Positions 16,915 to 26,755 are shown, counted from the first letter of the stretch. The stretch: DNA of 62,787 nucleotides from a virus (IMGVR_UViG_3300044714_000076:1-62787); one strand, 5' to 3'. Made by a program: numbers and translations. The notes: generated by a model from the letters alone, not told the origin.

Positions 16915-17606
16915 TCTTCTGCTACGCACGAGTCTCCTCCATCGAGCAAGCCGCAGACGGCAACGCCTCGATCCCCGAGCAGTTGCGTAAGGGCAAGGCT
17001 CTTGCTCAGATGCGTGGCGTAGCCGGCAAGGACGTGATCACCTTCATCGATAAAGGTGTTAGCGGCTCCACACCCCTCGCCTTCCGCCCGCAAGGCAAGG
17101 AGATGCTGGAATCGGCCCAATCTGGCGATGTAATTTGCGCCGCCAAGATGGACCGCCTGTTTCGGTCGGCCATCGACGCGCTTCAGACCGCTGAGGAATT
17201 AAAGAAGCGAGGCGTTGAACTGGTCCTATTGGACATCGGAATTGACGCGGTGACCGGCAACGGCGTTGGCAAACTGTTCTTCTCGATTTTGGCGGTGATG
17301 GCCGAGTTCGAACGCGACCGAATCCGCGAACGAACCGAGGAAGGTCGGCGCGGCAAGCGCGCCCGCCGCGGCTTCATGGGCGGCGGCGTGCCGATCGGGT
17401 TCAAGGTTCAGGGCAAAGGCCGCGAGGCCCAGCTTGAGGAAGATGAGCGCGAGCAGGCGGCGATTGCCAAGGTGAAGGAACTGCTGGAAAGCAAGCACCA
17501 GCCTGGTCGTATTGGGCGGTACTTGACGAAATACTATCCAACGCGATCTGGAAAGCCTTGGCAATGCGTGCAAGTGCAGCGCTTGATAGCGCGGTTGGAG
17601 GCGTGA
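16911..17606 (+). CDS. Small serine recombinase (resolvase/invertase family)
   Basis: YARVSS, DKGVSG, MDRLFRS, AEFERDRIRERT. Confidence 0.92.
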   Translation: MIFCYARVSSIEQAADGNASIPEQLRKGKALAQMRGVAGKDVITFIDKGVSGSTPLAFRPQGKEMLESAQSGDVICAAKMDRLFRSAIDALQTAEELKKRGVELVLLDIGIDAVTGNGVGKLFFSILAVMAEFERDRIRERTEEGRRGKRARRGFMGGGVPIGFKVQGKGREAQLEEDEREQAAIAKVKELLESKHQPGRIGRYLTKYYPTRSGKPWQCVQVQRLIARLEA

Positions 17607-17887
17607 TGCAAAGTTTTTTGTTCACGAAAGACGGCTTTATCAATTTGGATAATGTTTGCTACATGACGCCAGCGCCCGGCGCTGAAGGTTTAACTCATAC
17701 GCGCATGGTGTGTCCCGCCGTCGATCTCAAGATAGAAATGCCATGGCCTGAAGTTAAGGCAATGATCGAGAAATTGATCAGGGATCAATACGAATACAAT
17801 ATGAAGTGGTACAATCACTCTGCCGCTCAGCGTAAACAGGATTTGGAAGATATGGTAGATAAACTGACGGGGAATCATGGGCGATAG
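17606..17887 (+). CDS. Hypothetical protein
   Basis: Coupled ORF. Confidence 0.55.
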   Translation: MQSFLFTKDGFINLDNVCYMTPAPGAEGLTHTRMVCPAVDLKIEMPWPEVKAMIEKLIRDQYEYNMKWYNHSAAQRKQDLEDMVDKLTGNHGR

Positions 17888-19307
17888 ACCGCAAGCAATC
17901 CGTATGTACAACGCCGCGTTCGACGCGGTGCGAAACCAGAATTACAAGGACTGGGCCACCCACGCCTTCGGCCTCCTGCAATCCGCCTGCATCGTCGATC
18001 CGACCATGGGGCAGGCGTGGGCGGATAATGCGAACTCGAACGGCGATATCAACCGCCTGCACGCCGCCGTCGCCTGCTACCGTCGCGCGTTGGACGGCGA
18101 TCTCGGCACCGACAAGCAGATCGAGGTTCTATCCAACATTTCCTGGCGCCTGAACCAGCTCGGCGAGCTTGAGGAAGCCTTGAAGTTCGCCCAGATGGCC
18201 GTCGACCTTGGTCCTCACGAGGCTTATCCGTGGGTGAACCTGTCCCAAGCCCACGGTGCGTTCGGCCAACGTCTGGCTGCCGTTTCCACCGCTCGCAAGG
18301 GTTACCAGATCAAGCCACACGATACCGCCACCCAGTTCAACCTCGCCTTCGCGCTCCTGTTCAACGAGGAATATGCCGAGGGCTTCAAGTTTCTGGAGTC
18401 CCGGTTCGAGCACCGCCTGAAGAACTATCTCACCTATCCGTACCCGAAGTGGGAGGGTGAGAAGGACGCAACGGTGTTCCTCGTTGCCGACCAGGGCATG
18501 GGTGACACTTTGTCGTTCGCTCGCTTCCTCGATCACGCCTCAAAGCGGGCCAAGTATATCCACGCCATGATCCAGCCCGCATTACTGCGGGCGTTCACCG
18601 AGGCGTTCGTGCATCTGCCCAACGTGAATTTCACGCCGACCTCGACCTCATATCCGCCGGCCGATGCTTGGACCACGTTCGTCTCGTTGCCCTACGCGCT
18701 CAAACTGACTGATCAGCAGATCAAGGATGCACCGCACCCGAGGCTTCCGGTGTACGGTATGGCCGATACTTGGAAGATGCCGGACATAAAGCTGCACATC
18801 GGTATCGCCTGGGCCGGCTCGGCGTTCAACGATCTCGACAAGTGGCGCTCATTCCCCCTCACCCACTTCCTCGATCTCTACAAGGTGCCCGGCATCCAGC
18901 TCTACTCGCTGCAAATGGACGATCGCAAGCGGGATCTGAACGACTTCTGCTGCGAGTCGCTGGTGCGCGACATGAGCCCGTGGGTGTCTGACGTGGTGGA
19001 TACGGTGTCGGTCCTCCAGAAACTCGATCTGGTCATTACTTGCGAGTCGGCGCTGGCGCACATAGCCGGCGCCATCGGCAAGGAGGTGTGGATACCGTAC
19101 TCGTTTCATGCCCACGACTACCGCCTCGGTCACGACGGCAAATCGATGCTGTGGTATCAGAAAACGCATCGGTTGTTCTTGCAGGATCGCGACATGCGAT
19201 GGGATAAAACGTTCGACCGGATCGTTCTGGCTTTGAGGGAGAAGATCAATGAACGCGCAGAAGTTGGTCAGCAAGTTGGAAGAAGCCATAAAACAGCGAG
19301 AGCGTGA
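17877..19307 (+). CDS. TPR-repeat GT-B (GT9-like) glycosyltransferase
   Basis: N-terminal TPRs; DQGMGDTLSFARF, IGIAWAGS, LDLVITCESALAHIAGA. Confidence 0.82.
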   Translation: MGDRPQAIRMYNAAFDAVRNQNYKDWATHAFGLLQSACIVDPTMGQAWADNANSNGDINRLHAAVACYRRALDGDLGTDKQIEVLSNISWRLNQLGELEEALKFAQMAVDLGPHEAYPWVNLSQAHGAFGQRLAAVSTARKGYQIKPHDTATQFNLAFALLFNEEYAEGFKFLESRFEHRLKNYLTYPYPKWEGEKDATVFLVADQGMGDTLSFARFLDHASKRAKYIHAMIQPALLRAFTEAFVHLPNVNFTPTSTSYPPADAWTTFVSLPYALKLTDQQIKDAPHPRLPVYGMADTWKMPDIKLHIGIAWAGSAFNDLDKWRSFPLTHFLDLYKVPGIQLYSLQMDDRKRDLNDFCCESLVRDMSPWVSDVVDTVSVLQKLDLVITCESALAHIAGAIGKEVWIPYSFHAHDYRLGHDGKSMLWYQKTHRLFLQDRDMRWDKTFDRIVLALREKINERAEVGQQVGRSHKTARA

Positions 19308-19413
19308 AATTTGGGGTAAGCACGGCCACGACATAGATACTTGGGAACATTGTGAATTGTTGCGCGAAGCGGTTTGGCAGTTGAAAGAAACCGATAGCTA
19401 TATTTTTGGTTAG
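19249..19413 (+). CDS. 54-aa hypothetical protein (not in ORF track)
   Basis: MNAQKLVSKLEEAIKQRE...; GGGAG RBS, fills gap. Confidence 0.5.
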   Translation: MNAQKLVSKLEEAIKQREREIWGKHGHDIDTWEHCELLREAVWQLKETDSYIFG

Positions 19414-19415
19414 AT

Positions 19416-20228
19416 ATGCCCCAAACAGTTAACATCAACTTCGAGATCAACAAGCGCAAGTTCGCGTTCAAGATGACGCACGATCCGTCGTCGCTACCTG
19501 ACCGCGATATGATGCTGTGCATGGACCAGTTCGGTTGCCCCGAACCCGAGGTCATGCATCTGTTAACTCGCGTCCTTCGGCCCGGCGACTTCACCATAGA
19601 CGGCGGCGCCAACATCGGCTTCTTCACCATCGTCATGTCGAAGCTCGTCGATGTGAATGGCATCGTGCTGGCGGTGGAGCCAGGCGAGAACAATCTGCCC
19701 AAGCTGCGCGACAATCTCAAGCTTAACGGTTTGAAGAACTTCGAGATTTGTAACCGCCCGCTTTGGTCCTCCAACGAGGACGTGACGCTGCACTACAGCC
19801 AGCACGGTGGCATGAACTCGCTGAGTGCCTACCAGCCGATGATGGGCAAGAAAATCTTGCAAGGTATCATGCTGAGCACTTGGCACACCACGCCGCGCCT
19901 GATCAAGCTGGACATCGAGGGTGCCGAGGAACAGGCGCTGCGCGGTGCGCAGAAGCATCTTGTCAACCATGTTCCCTATATCGTGTGTGAACTGAACCTG
20001 CCGGCACTCAAGGGTCTTGGCTCGACTCAGGAGACCTTGCGCAAGTACATGCGTTCGTGGGGCTACTCGACGTTCGTCCTGTTCCGCGATGGGTCATTGC
20101 CTTGCCTGATCCCTGACAACACTCAGATATTCGAGGACGAGGATAACAACGGCACGGTCAACGTGCTATTCTCGACGGTCGAAGCAGTGAGCAATGTGTG
20201 GCCGAGGGCGGTGTTGAGATATGCCTGA
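19416..20228 (+). CDS. FkbM-family methyltransferase
   Basis: IDGGANIGFF, AVEP, LIKLDIEGAE. Confidence 0.9.
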   Translation: MPQTVNINFEINKRKFAFKMTHDPSSLPDRDMMLCMDQFGCPEPEVMHLLTRVLRPGDFTIDGGANIGFFTIVMSKLVDVNGIVLAVEPGENNLPKLRDNLKLNGLKNFEICNRPLWSSNEDVTLHYSQHGGMNSLSAYQPMMGKKILQGIMLSTWHTTPRLIKLDIEGAEEQALRGAQKHLVNHVPYIVCELNLPALKGLGSTQETLRKYMRSWGYSTFVLFRDGSLPCLIPDNTQIFEDEDNNGTVNVLFSTVEAVSNVWPRAVLRYA

Positions 20229-20736
20229 CATCAGCGGCGACGAATTCACTTTGTTGGAGATTGCTAGTCACGGCGAGTCGATGATCCCGATCGGCCGTTG
20301 GGAAAAGCCGTTGAAAAGTCTTGCCCAAAAGGGGATGATGTTTGCAAACGACTCGGTAAATTACGTGATTACTGAGGCTGGCCGCGCGGCGCTCGGCGGG
20401 CATAAGCAAGAAGTCGATACCGACTGGGCACAATCTTTCGTTAAGGTGAACAACACCCGTTACTTCGAGCGCACGTCGAAGGCAAAGCCTGCCGGCGCTT
20501 ACGTCGTTCAAGGCGTGCTGTTTTTCAAATTGCTGGATGGCTCGACGTTGACATGCAACTGCATCAAAGACCCCTACGCCTCGAAGATCATGGAGTTGTT
20601 TAATGGCCGTAACGCTGGTCAAGAGCGACCCGGATGCGCAGTGGTTCCACAGCTACCCCGACCGGCAGAGCCACATTCGGAATCCGATCAAGGTCCTGAT
20701 GACGGACAAGCAGAGGGGGACAAGGTACGTCGATGA
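20221..20736 (+). CDS. Hypothetical protein
   Basis: Winged-helix-like N-terminus (YVITEAGRAAL); 3' end overlaps next ORF. Confidence 0.55.
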   Translation: MPDISGDEFTLLEIASHGESMIPIGRWEKPLKSLAQKGMMFANDSVNYVITEAGRAALGGHKQEVDTDWAQSFVKVNNTRYFERTSKAKPAGAYVVQGVLFFKLLDGSTLTCNCIKDPYASKIMELFNGRNAGQERPGCAVVPQLPRPAEPHSESDQGPDDGQAEGDKVRR

Positions 20737-20959
20737 GCTGGAAGGTGAGTTCTGGTCCCTCGGCGACCACAACAAAGACCGTCGCCGCATCCTGTTGTGG
20801 AAGGTGCCGCCGGACAATCCGTTCTACGATCCGAAGAAGCCGGCGATCTTAAAAATTCCATTTTTACTTTTTGGTGACGAAACGGTGGAAGATCGGGATG
20901 ATATCCTCCTTCCGATCCTGCATGAGATCATGACTGACGCTGCGAGGAAAACGCGATGA
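20603..20959 (+). CDS. Hypothetical protein
   Basis: GGAG RBS; coupled downstream. Confidence 0.65.
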   Translation: MAVTLVKSDPDAQWFHSYPDRQSHIRNPIKVLMTDKQRGTRYVDELEGEFWSLGDHNKDRRRILLWKVPPDNPFYDPKKPAILKIPFLLFGDETVEDRDDILLPILHEIMTDAARKTR

Positions 20960-21168
20960 CTTGGGAAAAATCAGTCTACTCGACGATGGCCAGTTCGATC
21001 GGCTACGATGCCGAGAAGGAAGAAATGTACGTGACTTGGGCCAACGGGCGGGTTTCGATTTACTCGGGCGTACCGGAAGGCGTCGCGCTGGAAGCGTCCA
21101 CTGCGGCCTCGGTCGGGCAGTTTCTCAATTCGGAAGTGAAGCCGATATACGGACACCGCTACGGATGA
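20956..21168 (+). CDS. KTSC domain protein
   Basis: SS..IGYD....MYVTW.NG...YSGVP...A.SVGQFLN..VK. Confidence 0.85.
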   Translation: MTWEKSVYSTMASSIGYDAEKEEMYVTWANGRVSIYSGVPEGVALEASTAASVGQFLNSEVKPIYGHRYG

Positions 21169-21407
21169 GCACTCCCGCAGATCCGTTCAACCTTATGGCT
21201 GCGCGGATCATTCATAACGCGGACGCGCACTTCGGCGGCGCCTGCGTCCTAGTACCGCCAGGCGGTGGGAAAGCTTTAGAGCTTCTTATGCTCGACGCTG
21301 CCGAGGACGAAGGACAGTTTTGGGGAACGATTTTGACCCGCATCCAGAATGCCATTCAGGATGCGGATCAAAGGAAGCTACAGAACCGAGGATTTGGCGC
21401 GCGTTAG
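21165..21407 (+). CDS. Hypothetical protein
   Basis: Coupled ORF. Confidence 0.6.
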   Translation: MSTPADPFNLMAARIIHNADAHFGGACVLVPPGGGKALELLMLDAAEDEGQFWGTILTRIQNAIQDADQRKLQNRGFGAR

Positions 21408-21859
21408 ACTGCGGCCGGATTCTCGGCAGGCTGACCCGTCAGGCCGGAAAAGATACTGGGCTTCGGATCGACAGCAGGCTTCTCGGCTGCCAGTGGCAGC
21501 ACCGGCTTCGGCGCCTCGGCCCGCTTCCACATCTTGGAGCCAACCGCACCCTCGACTGCGGTGACTCGCTTTTCCAGGTCCTCGATCTTCTTGGTGTCGG
21601 CCGCCGGCTGGGCGACGACGGTCGCGAGCTGCTCGGCATGGGTCTGACGGTCCTGGGCGAGCGAGCCGATCGAGACGCCGTGGGCGCGTGAGTCGGCGTC
21701 CAGCGTCGAGATCGCCTGCTTGGTGCCGAGGCTGGAGGCTTCCAGATTCTTGATGCGCTCGTTCTGTTCGGACACAATATCAAGAACTTGCAGCATGGCG
21801 GGCGATTCGTAGTTTTCGGCTTTGAGGGCGGCAACGGCGTCCTCGAATTTCGTAGCCAT
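21404..21859 (-). CDS. Hypothetical coiled-coil protein (lone minus-strand gene)
   Basis: AAAGGAAAA RBS; coiled-coil pattern. Confidence 0.7.
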   Translation of the reverse strand: MATKFEDAVAALKAENYESPAMLQVLDIVSEQNERIKNLEASSLGTKQAISTLDADSRAHGVSIGSLAQDRQTHAEQLATVVAQPAADTKKIEDLEKRVTAVEGAVGSKMWKRAEAPKPVLPLAAEKPAVDPKPSIFSGLTGQPAENPAAV

Positions 21860-21986
21860 TTGGTTTTCCTTTTCGGGGTATAGGTCTGGTCTGCCGACAA
21901 CGCCTGAAGTGCTTTTTGGTTCCGGGAACTTATCTCAAACTACTGCGTTATCCGGCGCGCGCCCTGTGGGCGTAGGAGTTAACGTC

Positions 21987-22205
21987 ATGGCCGGTATTGC
22001 ACTTGATCTGCTTTGGGCGCTGTTTTGGATCATCGTCTGCGCAGGTGTTCTTTTTCTTTTTATCTATGGGATCAAGACTTACGTTTATCCTATTCCGCCT
22101 CGCCTCGAAGGTGGCATCTGGTTTCTGTTCCTCATTCTTTGCCTGATCGCCACGATCACAATTTTTTCCGGTGGAGGTGGCATGCACATGCCGTCCTTTC
22201 GGTAG
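21987..22205 (+). CDS. Small two-TM membrane protein
   Basis: AGGAG RBS; two hydrophobic helices separated by PIPP. Confidence 0.75.
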   Translation: MAGIALDLLWALFWIIVCAGVLFLFIYGIKTYVYPIPPRLEGGIWFLFLILCLIATITIFSGGGGMHMPSFR

Positions 22206-22353
22206 CTCCGCACCGGATAAATGCGGCAGCCAAACTGGTCGCCAGCTCGATCTGTGCGAGGATTTTCAGCGTAATCATGAGAGCCAGGTAGCGCCGATTC
22301 CGCCTGATACGCAGCCCTTGCCGAATATCTGCCGGGGGTGTTAGCCTGCCAGC

Positions 22354-24276
22354 ATGTCAGGCTGGTCCCACCAGAAGCGCCTCGCCGTCGAGCGGGGCTT
22401 TTACCAATTCCTGAATCAATGTAGTGTGAACAGCCGAGACGACGGCCATATTTGCCTTGGCGAGCATTTGTACGACGGCCAGCGTTGTACCATCAGCCAA
22501 ATCTTCGACGCGCTCGAAGAAGATCTGCACAAAATCTATATTCTCAAGTCACGCCAGCTCGGTATCTCGACCCTCGTCCGCGCGCTGACCGTTTTTCTGC
22601 TCGGTATCAATCGCGGCCTGTCCGGTGCGCTCGTGTTCGACACCGCCGCCAACCGCGAGAACGCGCGGGCTGAACTGGTGACGATGATCCGCGACCTTCC
22701 CACGTCGCTGAAATTCCCCAAGGTGCGCGGTACTGGTGAGGGTAATCGTGAGGGCCTGACCCTCATCAATGATTCTAAGATTTTGTTCAAATCGGCTGGT
22801 GTCAAGAAATCGAAGTCGAGTGGCACGCTCGGCCGGTCGGTTGGTTTGTCTTTGGCTACGATGAGCGAACTGTGTTCTTTTGATAACGACGAGGGTCTTG
22901 AGGCGTTCGAGAACTCGCTGTCGGACGTGAACCCCGATCGCCTTTACATTTACGAGTCCACGGCGCGCGGCCCGAACAAGTGGAAGCGCATGTGGACCGA
23001 AGCGCGCAAGGACGACTTGCACTGCAAGTGCATTTTCCTCGGCTGGTGGTCCAAGGAATCGCAGATGATCCCCGAGGACCATCGCGACTTCAAGGTTTAT
23101 GGCTCGTATCCGCCTTCCGATAAGGAAGCGGCCAAGATCAAAAAAGTTAAGGAGATGTACGACCACGACATCACGCCGATGCAGCTTGCGTGGATCCGGC
23201 GCCGGATGGACCCCACCGCGCAATCCGAAGGTGACGCCAATCCTGAATTCGAAGGTGATCCATTCCGCATACAGGAGCAACCGTGGGATGAGGACGAGGC
23301 ATGGCAGGTTACTGGCTCAGTATTTTTTCCTCCAGAGAAATTGACCGAGCAGTACGCTTCAAACATCAGCGACAATTTCAAAACCTATATGTACATCGTG
23401 CTTGATGAATTCGCCTACACGCAAGTTCTCAAAGCGCCCAACGCGAAGATGGTCGAATTGAAGGTCTGGGAGCCGCCGGCCAACGGCGCGTCCTACGTGC
23501 TCAGTTGCGACCCTGCTTTCGGTACGTCCGAATCCAACGCTCGCTCGTGCATCGAGGTGTGCCGCTGCTATGCCGATGGTCTCGATCAAGTCGCCGAATA
23601 CGCCTGGCCGCTGATCTCGGCCGAACACCTCGCCTGGGTGATAGCTTCCCTTCTTGGCTGGTATGGCGGTGTTGATTCCGAAATACGCTACGCCCTCGAA
23701 TTGAACGGCCCTGGCATGGCGGTTTTCACTGCGCTCAAGAGCCTGAAATTCCAATTGGAGAACGGCTACCAGCCCAAGGAAATAAAGGAAAAGGGGCTGC
23801 AAGACGTGTTCCGCAACGTCAAGACCTACGTTTATAACCGTGCCGACTCGATGGGCTCGGGCTTCAATTATCATATCAAGACCACCCGGCAGACCAAAAG
23901 CTCGATGCTGGAGCAGTTGCGGAACGTGGTCAATTCCAGTAAGTTTCGCATCCGATCGCATGAACTCGTCGAGGAAATGCGGGTCGTCGAGCGGGACAAG
24001 GACGATGGTGACATTATCGGGGTGCCGAGCGGGAGCCAGGATGATCGGGTGATGGCTTCGGCCTTCGCCGTCCACTGCTGGGAAGAAAAAGTACGACGGA
24101 CTTTGATCAATACCAACCGGACGAGAGACGCGGAAGCGGCGCGGCAGAGGCTGACCTTGACCGATCAGGTGTATTTGTTCCAGCAGAACCAGTTGAGCCA
24201 GTTTTTCAAGGCGAAGCGGATGGAACGTCTGACTACGGCACGCGCTCAGAATTATCGGAACTGGCGGTACAGATAA
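22354..24276 (+). CDS. terL: Terminase large subunit
   Basis: ILKSRQLGIST Walker A, ESTARG, CDPA and DDRVMA nuclease motifs. Confidence 0.93.
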   Translation: MSGWSHQKRLAVERGFYQFLNQCSVNSRDDGHICLGEHLYDGQRCTISQIFDALEEDLHKIYILKSRQLGISTLVRALTVFLLGINRGLSGALVFDTAANRENARAELVTMIRDLPTSLKFPKVRGTGEGNREGLTLINDSKILFKSAGVKKSKSSGTLGRSVGLSLATMSELCSFDNDEGLEAFENSLSDVNPDRLYIYESTARGPNKWKRMWTEARKDDLHCKCIFLGWWSKESQMIPEDHRDFKVYGSYPPSDKEAAKIKKVKEMYDHDITPMQLAWIRRRMDPTAQSEGDANPEFEGDPFRIQEQPWDEDEAWQVTGSVFFPPEKLTEQYASNISDNFKTYMYIVLDEFAYTQVLKAPNAKMVELKVWEPPANGASYVLSCDPAFGTSESNARSCIEVCRCYADGLDQVAEYAWPLISAEHLAWVIASLLGWYGGVDSEIRYALELNGPGMAVFTALKSLKFQLENGYQPKEIKEKGLQDVFRNVKTYVYNRADSMGSGFNYHIKTTRQTKSSMLEQLRNVVNSSKFRIRSHELVEEMRVVERDKDDGDIIGVPSGSQDDRVMASAFAVHCWEEKVRRTLINTNRTRDAEAARQRLTLTDQVYLFQQNQLSQFFKAKRMERLTTARAQNYRNWRYR

Positions 24277-24890
24277 TGGCTCGCTTTCAAATTCGTTGCC
24301 CCGGCTGTCGTAAAGCCTTCCCGTGGGATCCGGCCATCGACCTGCCCGAGCGCTGCCCGCTCAAGGGCTGCGGCTACGTTTCGAAGAAGCGCGATCCCGA
24401 GGTGGACGAGAACGGCGAGATCGTCATCGCCGCACCGTTCCTACGCAGTCATGTGATGAAGGCGAACGACGGCGTTTACCGCGAGCTTGAAGAGTCATCG
24501 CGAGTGAGGGCACAAATGGCGGCCGAGATGGCCGGTGTTCCTGAGTCGGAGATGTCCCATCTCAAGGTAACAAATATCCGCGATAATACGCGAGCGGGCG
24601 AGGTCGCGGCGATGCCGATCGTAAACGACGTGACTCGTCAGATGGACTACATCAAACAGCGCGGAGGTAACGTCGGCTTTGGAGCGGACGTCAACCAGTT
24701 TGGGCCGAATATCATGTCGGGCGCAATCGAGTTGAATGGGCGTCCGCTTGTGAATGGCCTTGAACCGAGCGCGGGCGCGCGGATGCGCAAGATGCTCCAC
24801 CAGCACCACGAGAAGATAAGTCACGGTTCCGCGACCAGCGATATGCCGGCCCTAGAAACGCAGCAGCCGGGGTATAGGCACCGCGCATGA
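24276..24890 (+). CDS. Hypothetical protein with N-terminal Zn ribbon
   Basis: CPGC...CPLKGC; lies between TerL and portal. Confidence 0.7.
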   Translation: MARFQIRCPGCRKAFPWDPAIDLPERCPLKGCGYVSKKRDPEVDENGEIVIAAPFLRSHVMKANDGVYRELEESSRVRAQMAAEMAGVPESEMSHLKVTNIRDNTRAGEVAAMPIVNDVTRQMDYIKQRGGNVGFGADVNQFGPNIMSGAIELNGRPLVNGLEPSAGARMRKMLHQHHEKISHGSATSDMPALETQQPGYRHRA

Positions 24891-26641
24891 TTTTGCCAGG
24901 TGGAATCCCCTCTGACCACCAAAAGCTCATCACGCAAGTCAATGAGTGGATCGAGATTTGTCGCGTCAGCGTAGGGATGCGCAAGTCGTACTACCGCCTG
25001 CTCAACGCCATCGCCGAGACCGGCAAGTACGACGGCACCAAGGCGCTTGTGAACATGATGAACCCGTCCCTGAAGCGGACGGCATCGCACCTTTTCAGCC
25101 CGGTCGAGTTGAAGTTTGCGATGAGCTTCGATCATCCGCAGGCGCCGACCACGTACCAGCGCGGCCAGGAGGTGGCGAAGCAGCTCACGCTTAACTGGGA
25201 ACGTAACGGTACAGGCAATACCTTCGGCCGCGGCGCGTTCGAGGCATTGAAATATGGTGCTGCCTTTCTCAAGCAGTGGACCGAGCGCGACTCCGAGGAT
25301 CATTTGGTTCTCAAAGACCGGCTGGTGATGCCGTGGAATCTCGGCGTTTACCGCGAGGATCGCGGCCTAGACGAGCAGCCGATCATCTGTGAGACGACCA
25401 CGCTCACCATGCCCGAGGTGTGGCAGAAAATATGGAAGTTCCCCAAGGCCGAGGAACTGTTCGCGCGCATCAAGGCACACACTGCCCGCGGCGCCGGCTC
25501 GGAGCCGAACAGCTTCTTCCATCAGGTGCTATCCACCTCGCAATTGAATACCGGCGTGCAAGGTATGGTCAGCCCGGTGCCTGGTGGTATCGTTCAGCTT
25601 AACAGCGACCCGAATTACGCATTGATGGGGCCGACGATCGCTGCCGAGGTGGTCGAATTCCATGAATTGTGGGTCCAGGACGAGCACGATTACGTCACCA
25701 TCCAGATGATCATGCCGGATATCATCATCACGCCGCTTTACAGCCGGATTGAGAAGCGCGATGTGATGATGAAAAAGCAGAATCTGCTCGGCGCGAACAG
25801 CCGTTTGCAGCCTTATCGTATTATCCAGCCCAATGAGACGACCGATTGGATATGGGGGCGCTCCGAATTGGTCGATGTGATCGAGCCGCAGCAGCTTCTG
25901 GCGACGTGGTGCGACGACGCCAAGCGCCTCGTGGGCTTGCAGATCGACAAGTTCCTCGGTTTTTCCGGCGAAAACGGCATGACGGACGAGCTTTACGCGC
26001 AGGCGCGCATGGCCGGCTTCGCCAATCTAGGCCCGAATACCAAAATCGAGGATTTGACGCCGAAATTCCCCGATCAATTGCTACCGATGGTCAAATGGCT
26101 GATGGAAACCATCAACACGGTGCTTGGTTTCCCGCCGATCATGCAAGGTCAGGGCGAACCGGGCGTGCGCGCGGGTTCACATGCCAACACTTTGATGAAA
26201 ACTGCCTCGCCGGACCTGCGGGACCGCTCGTTGCTGGTTGAACAGCAGTGCGCCGCCGCAGCAGACCTCACTTTGACCCTGATGGAGCTGAAGGACGAGC
26301 GGTTTTATTGGACCAAGGCCGATAATCCGATCGAGGATATTGAGAAAACCAAGTTTCTGCTTTCAGACTTGCCGGATGACTGGCGCGTCACTGTCGATAG
26401 CCACTCGTCGTCGCCGATCTTTGCCGATGAGAACGCCCAATTGGTGCTCGCGCTCAACGGACGAGGCATTGTCGATGGAGAATACGTCATCAACAACACG
26501 GATGCTCCCAACAAGGAGACCGCGATTCAGGCGTTCCGAAAGAAACAGGAAGGGGAGAAGCAGATGTTTGAGCAGCTTCTCAAGATCGACCCTGAAGCGG
26601 CGATCAAGTCAATAAGCAAGGGTGGTGGTCACCACAAGTGA
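24887..26641 (+). CDS. Portal protein
   Basis: 584 aa, position after TerL, WGRSE and QGQGEPGVRAG motifs. Confidence 0.8.
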   Translation: MILPGGIPSDHQKLITQVNEWIEICRVSVGMRKSYYRLLNAIAETGKYDGTKALVNMMNPSLKRTASHLFSPVELKFAMSFDHPQAPTTYQRGQEVAKQLTLNWERNGTGNTFGRGAFEALKYGAAFLKQWTERDSEDHLVLKDRLVMPWNLGVYREDRGLDEQPIICETTTLTMPEVWQKIWKFPKAEELFARIKAHTARGAGSEPNSFFHQVLSTSQLNTGVQGMVSPVPGGIVQLNSDPNYALMGPTIAAEVVEFHELWVQDEHDYVTIQMIMPDIIITPLYSRIEKRDVMMKKQNLLGANSRLQPYRIIQPNETTDWIWGRSELVDVIEPQQLLATWCDDAKRLVGLQIDKFLGFSGENGMTDELYAQARMAGFANLGPNTKIEDLTPKFPDQLLPMVKWLMETINTVLGFPPIMQGQGEPGVRAGSHANTLMKTASPDLRDRSLLVEQQCAAAADLTLTLMELKDERFYWTKADNPIEDIEKTKFLLSDLPDDWRVTVDSHSSSPIFADENAQLVLALNGRGIVDGEYVINNTDAPNKETAIQAFRKKQEGEKQMFEQLLKIDPEAAIKSISKGGGHHK

Positions 26642-26755
26642 TCTGAAGCGTGGCAGAGGTATCCGCCAGTTGCGCAGATCGAATTCTTGAATTGAACCAT
26701 CTGCCATATACCAGACGATATACCAAGTGGTAATCGACGAGTTATCCCATTCCAT
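26609..26755 (-). CDS. 48-aa hypothetical protein (not in ORF track)
   Basis: MEWDNSSITTWYIVWYMADGSIQEFDLR...; GGAGG RBS. Confidence 0.4.
   Translation of the reverse strand: MEWDNSSITTWYIVWYMADGSIQEFDLRNWRIPLPRFRSLVVTTTLAY

Noticed and set aside
16911-17606. IS607 element or large serine integrase
   Set aside because: No N-terminal HTH, no TnpB, and too short for an integrase.
2274-24276. Inteins or introns in PolA, primase or TerL
   Set aside because: The ORFs are continuous and of ordinary size, with no splicing motifs.
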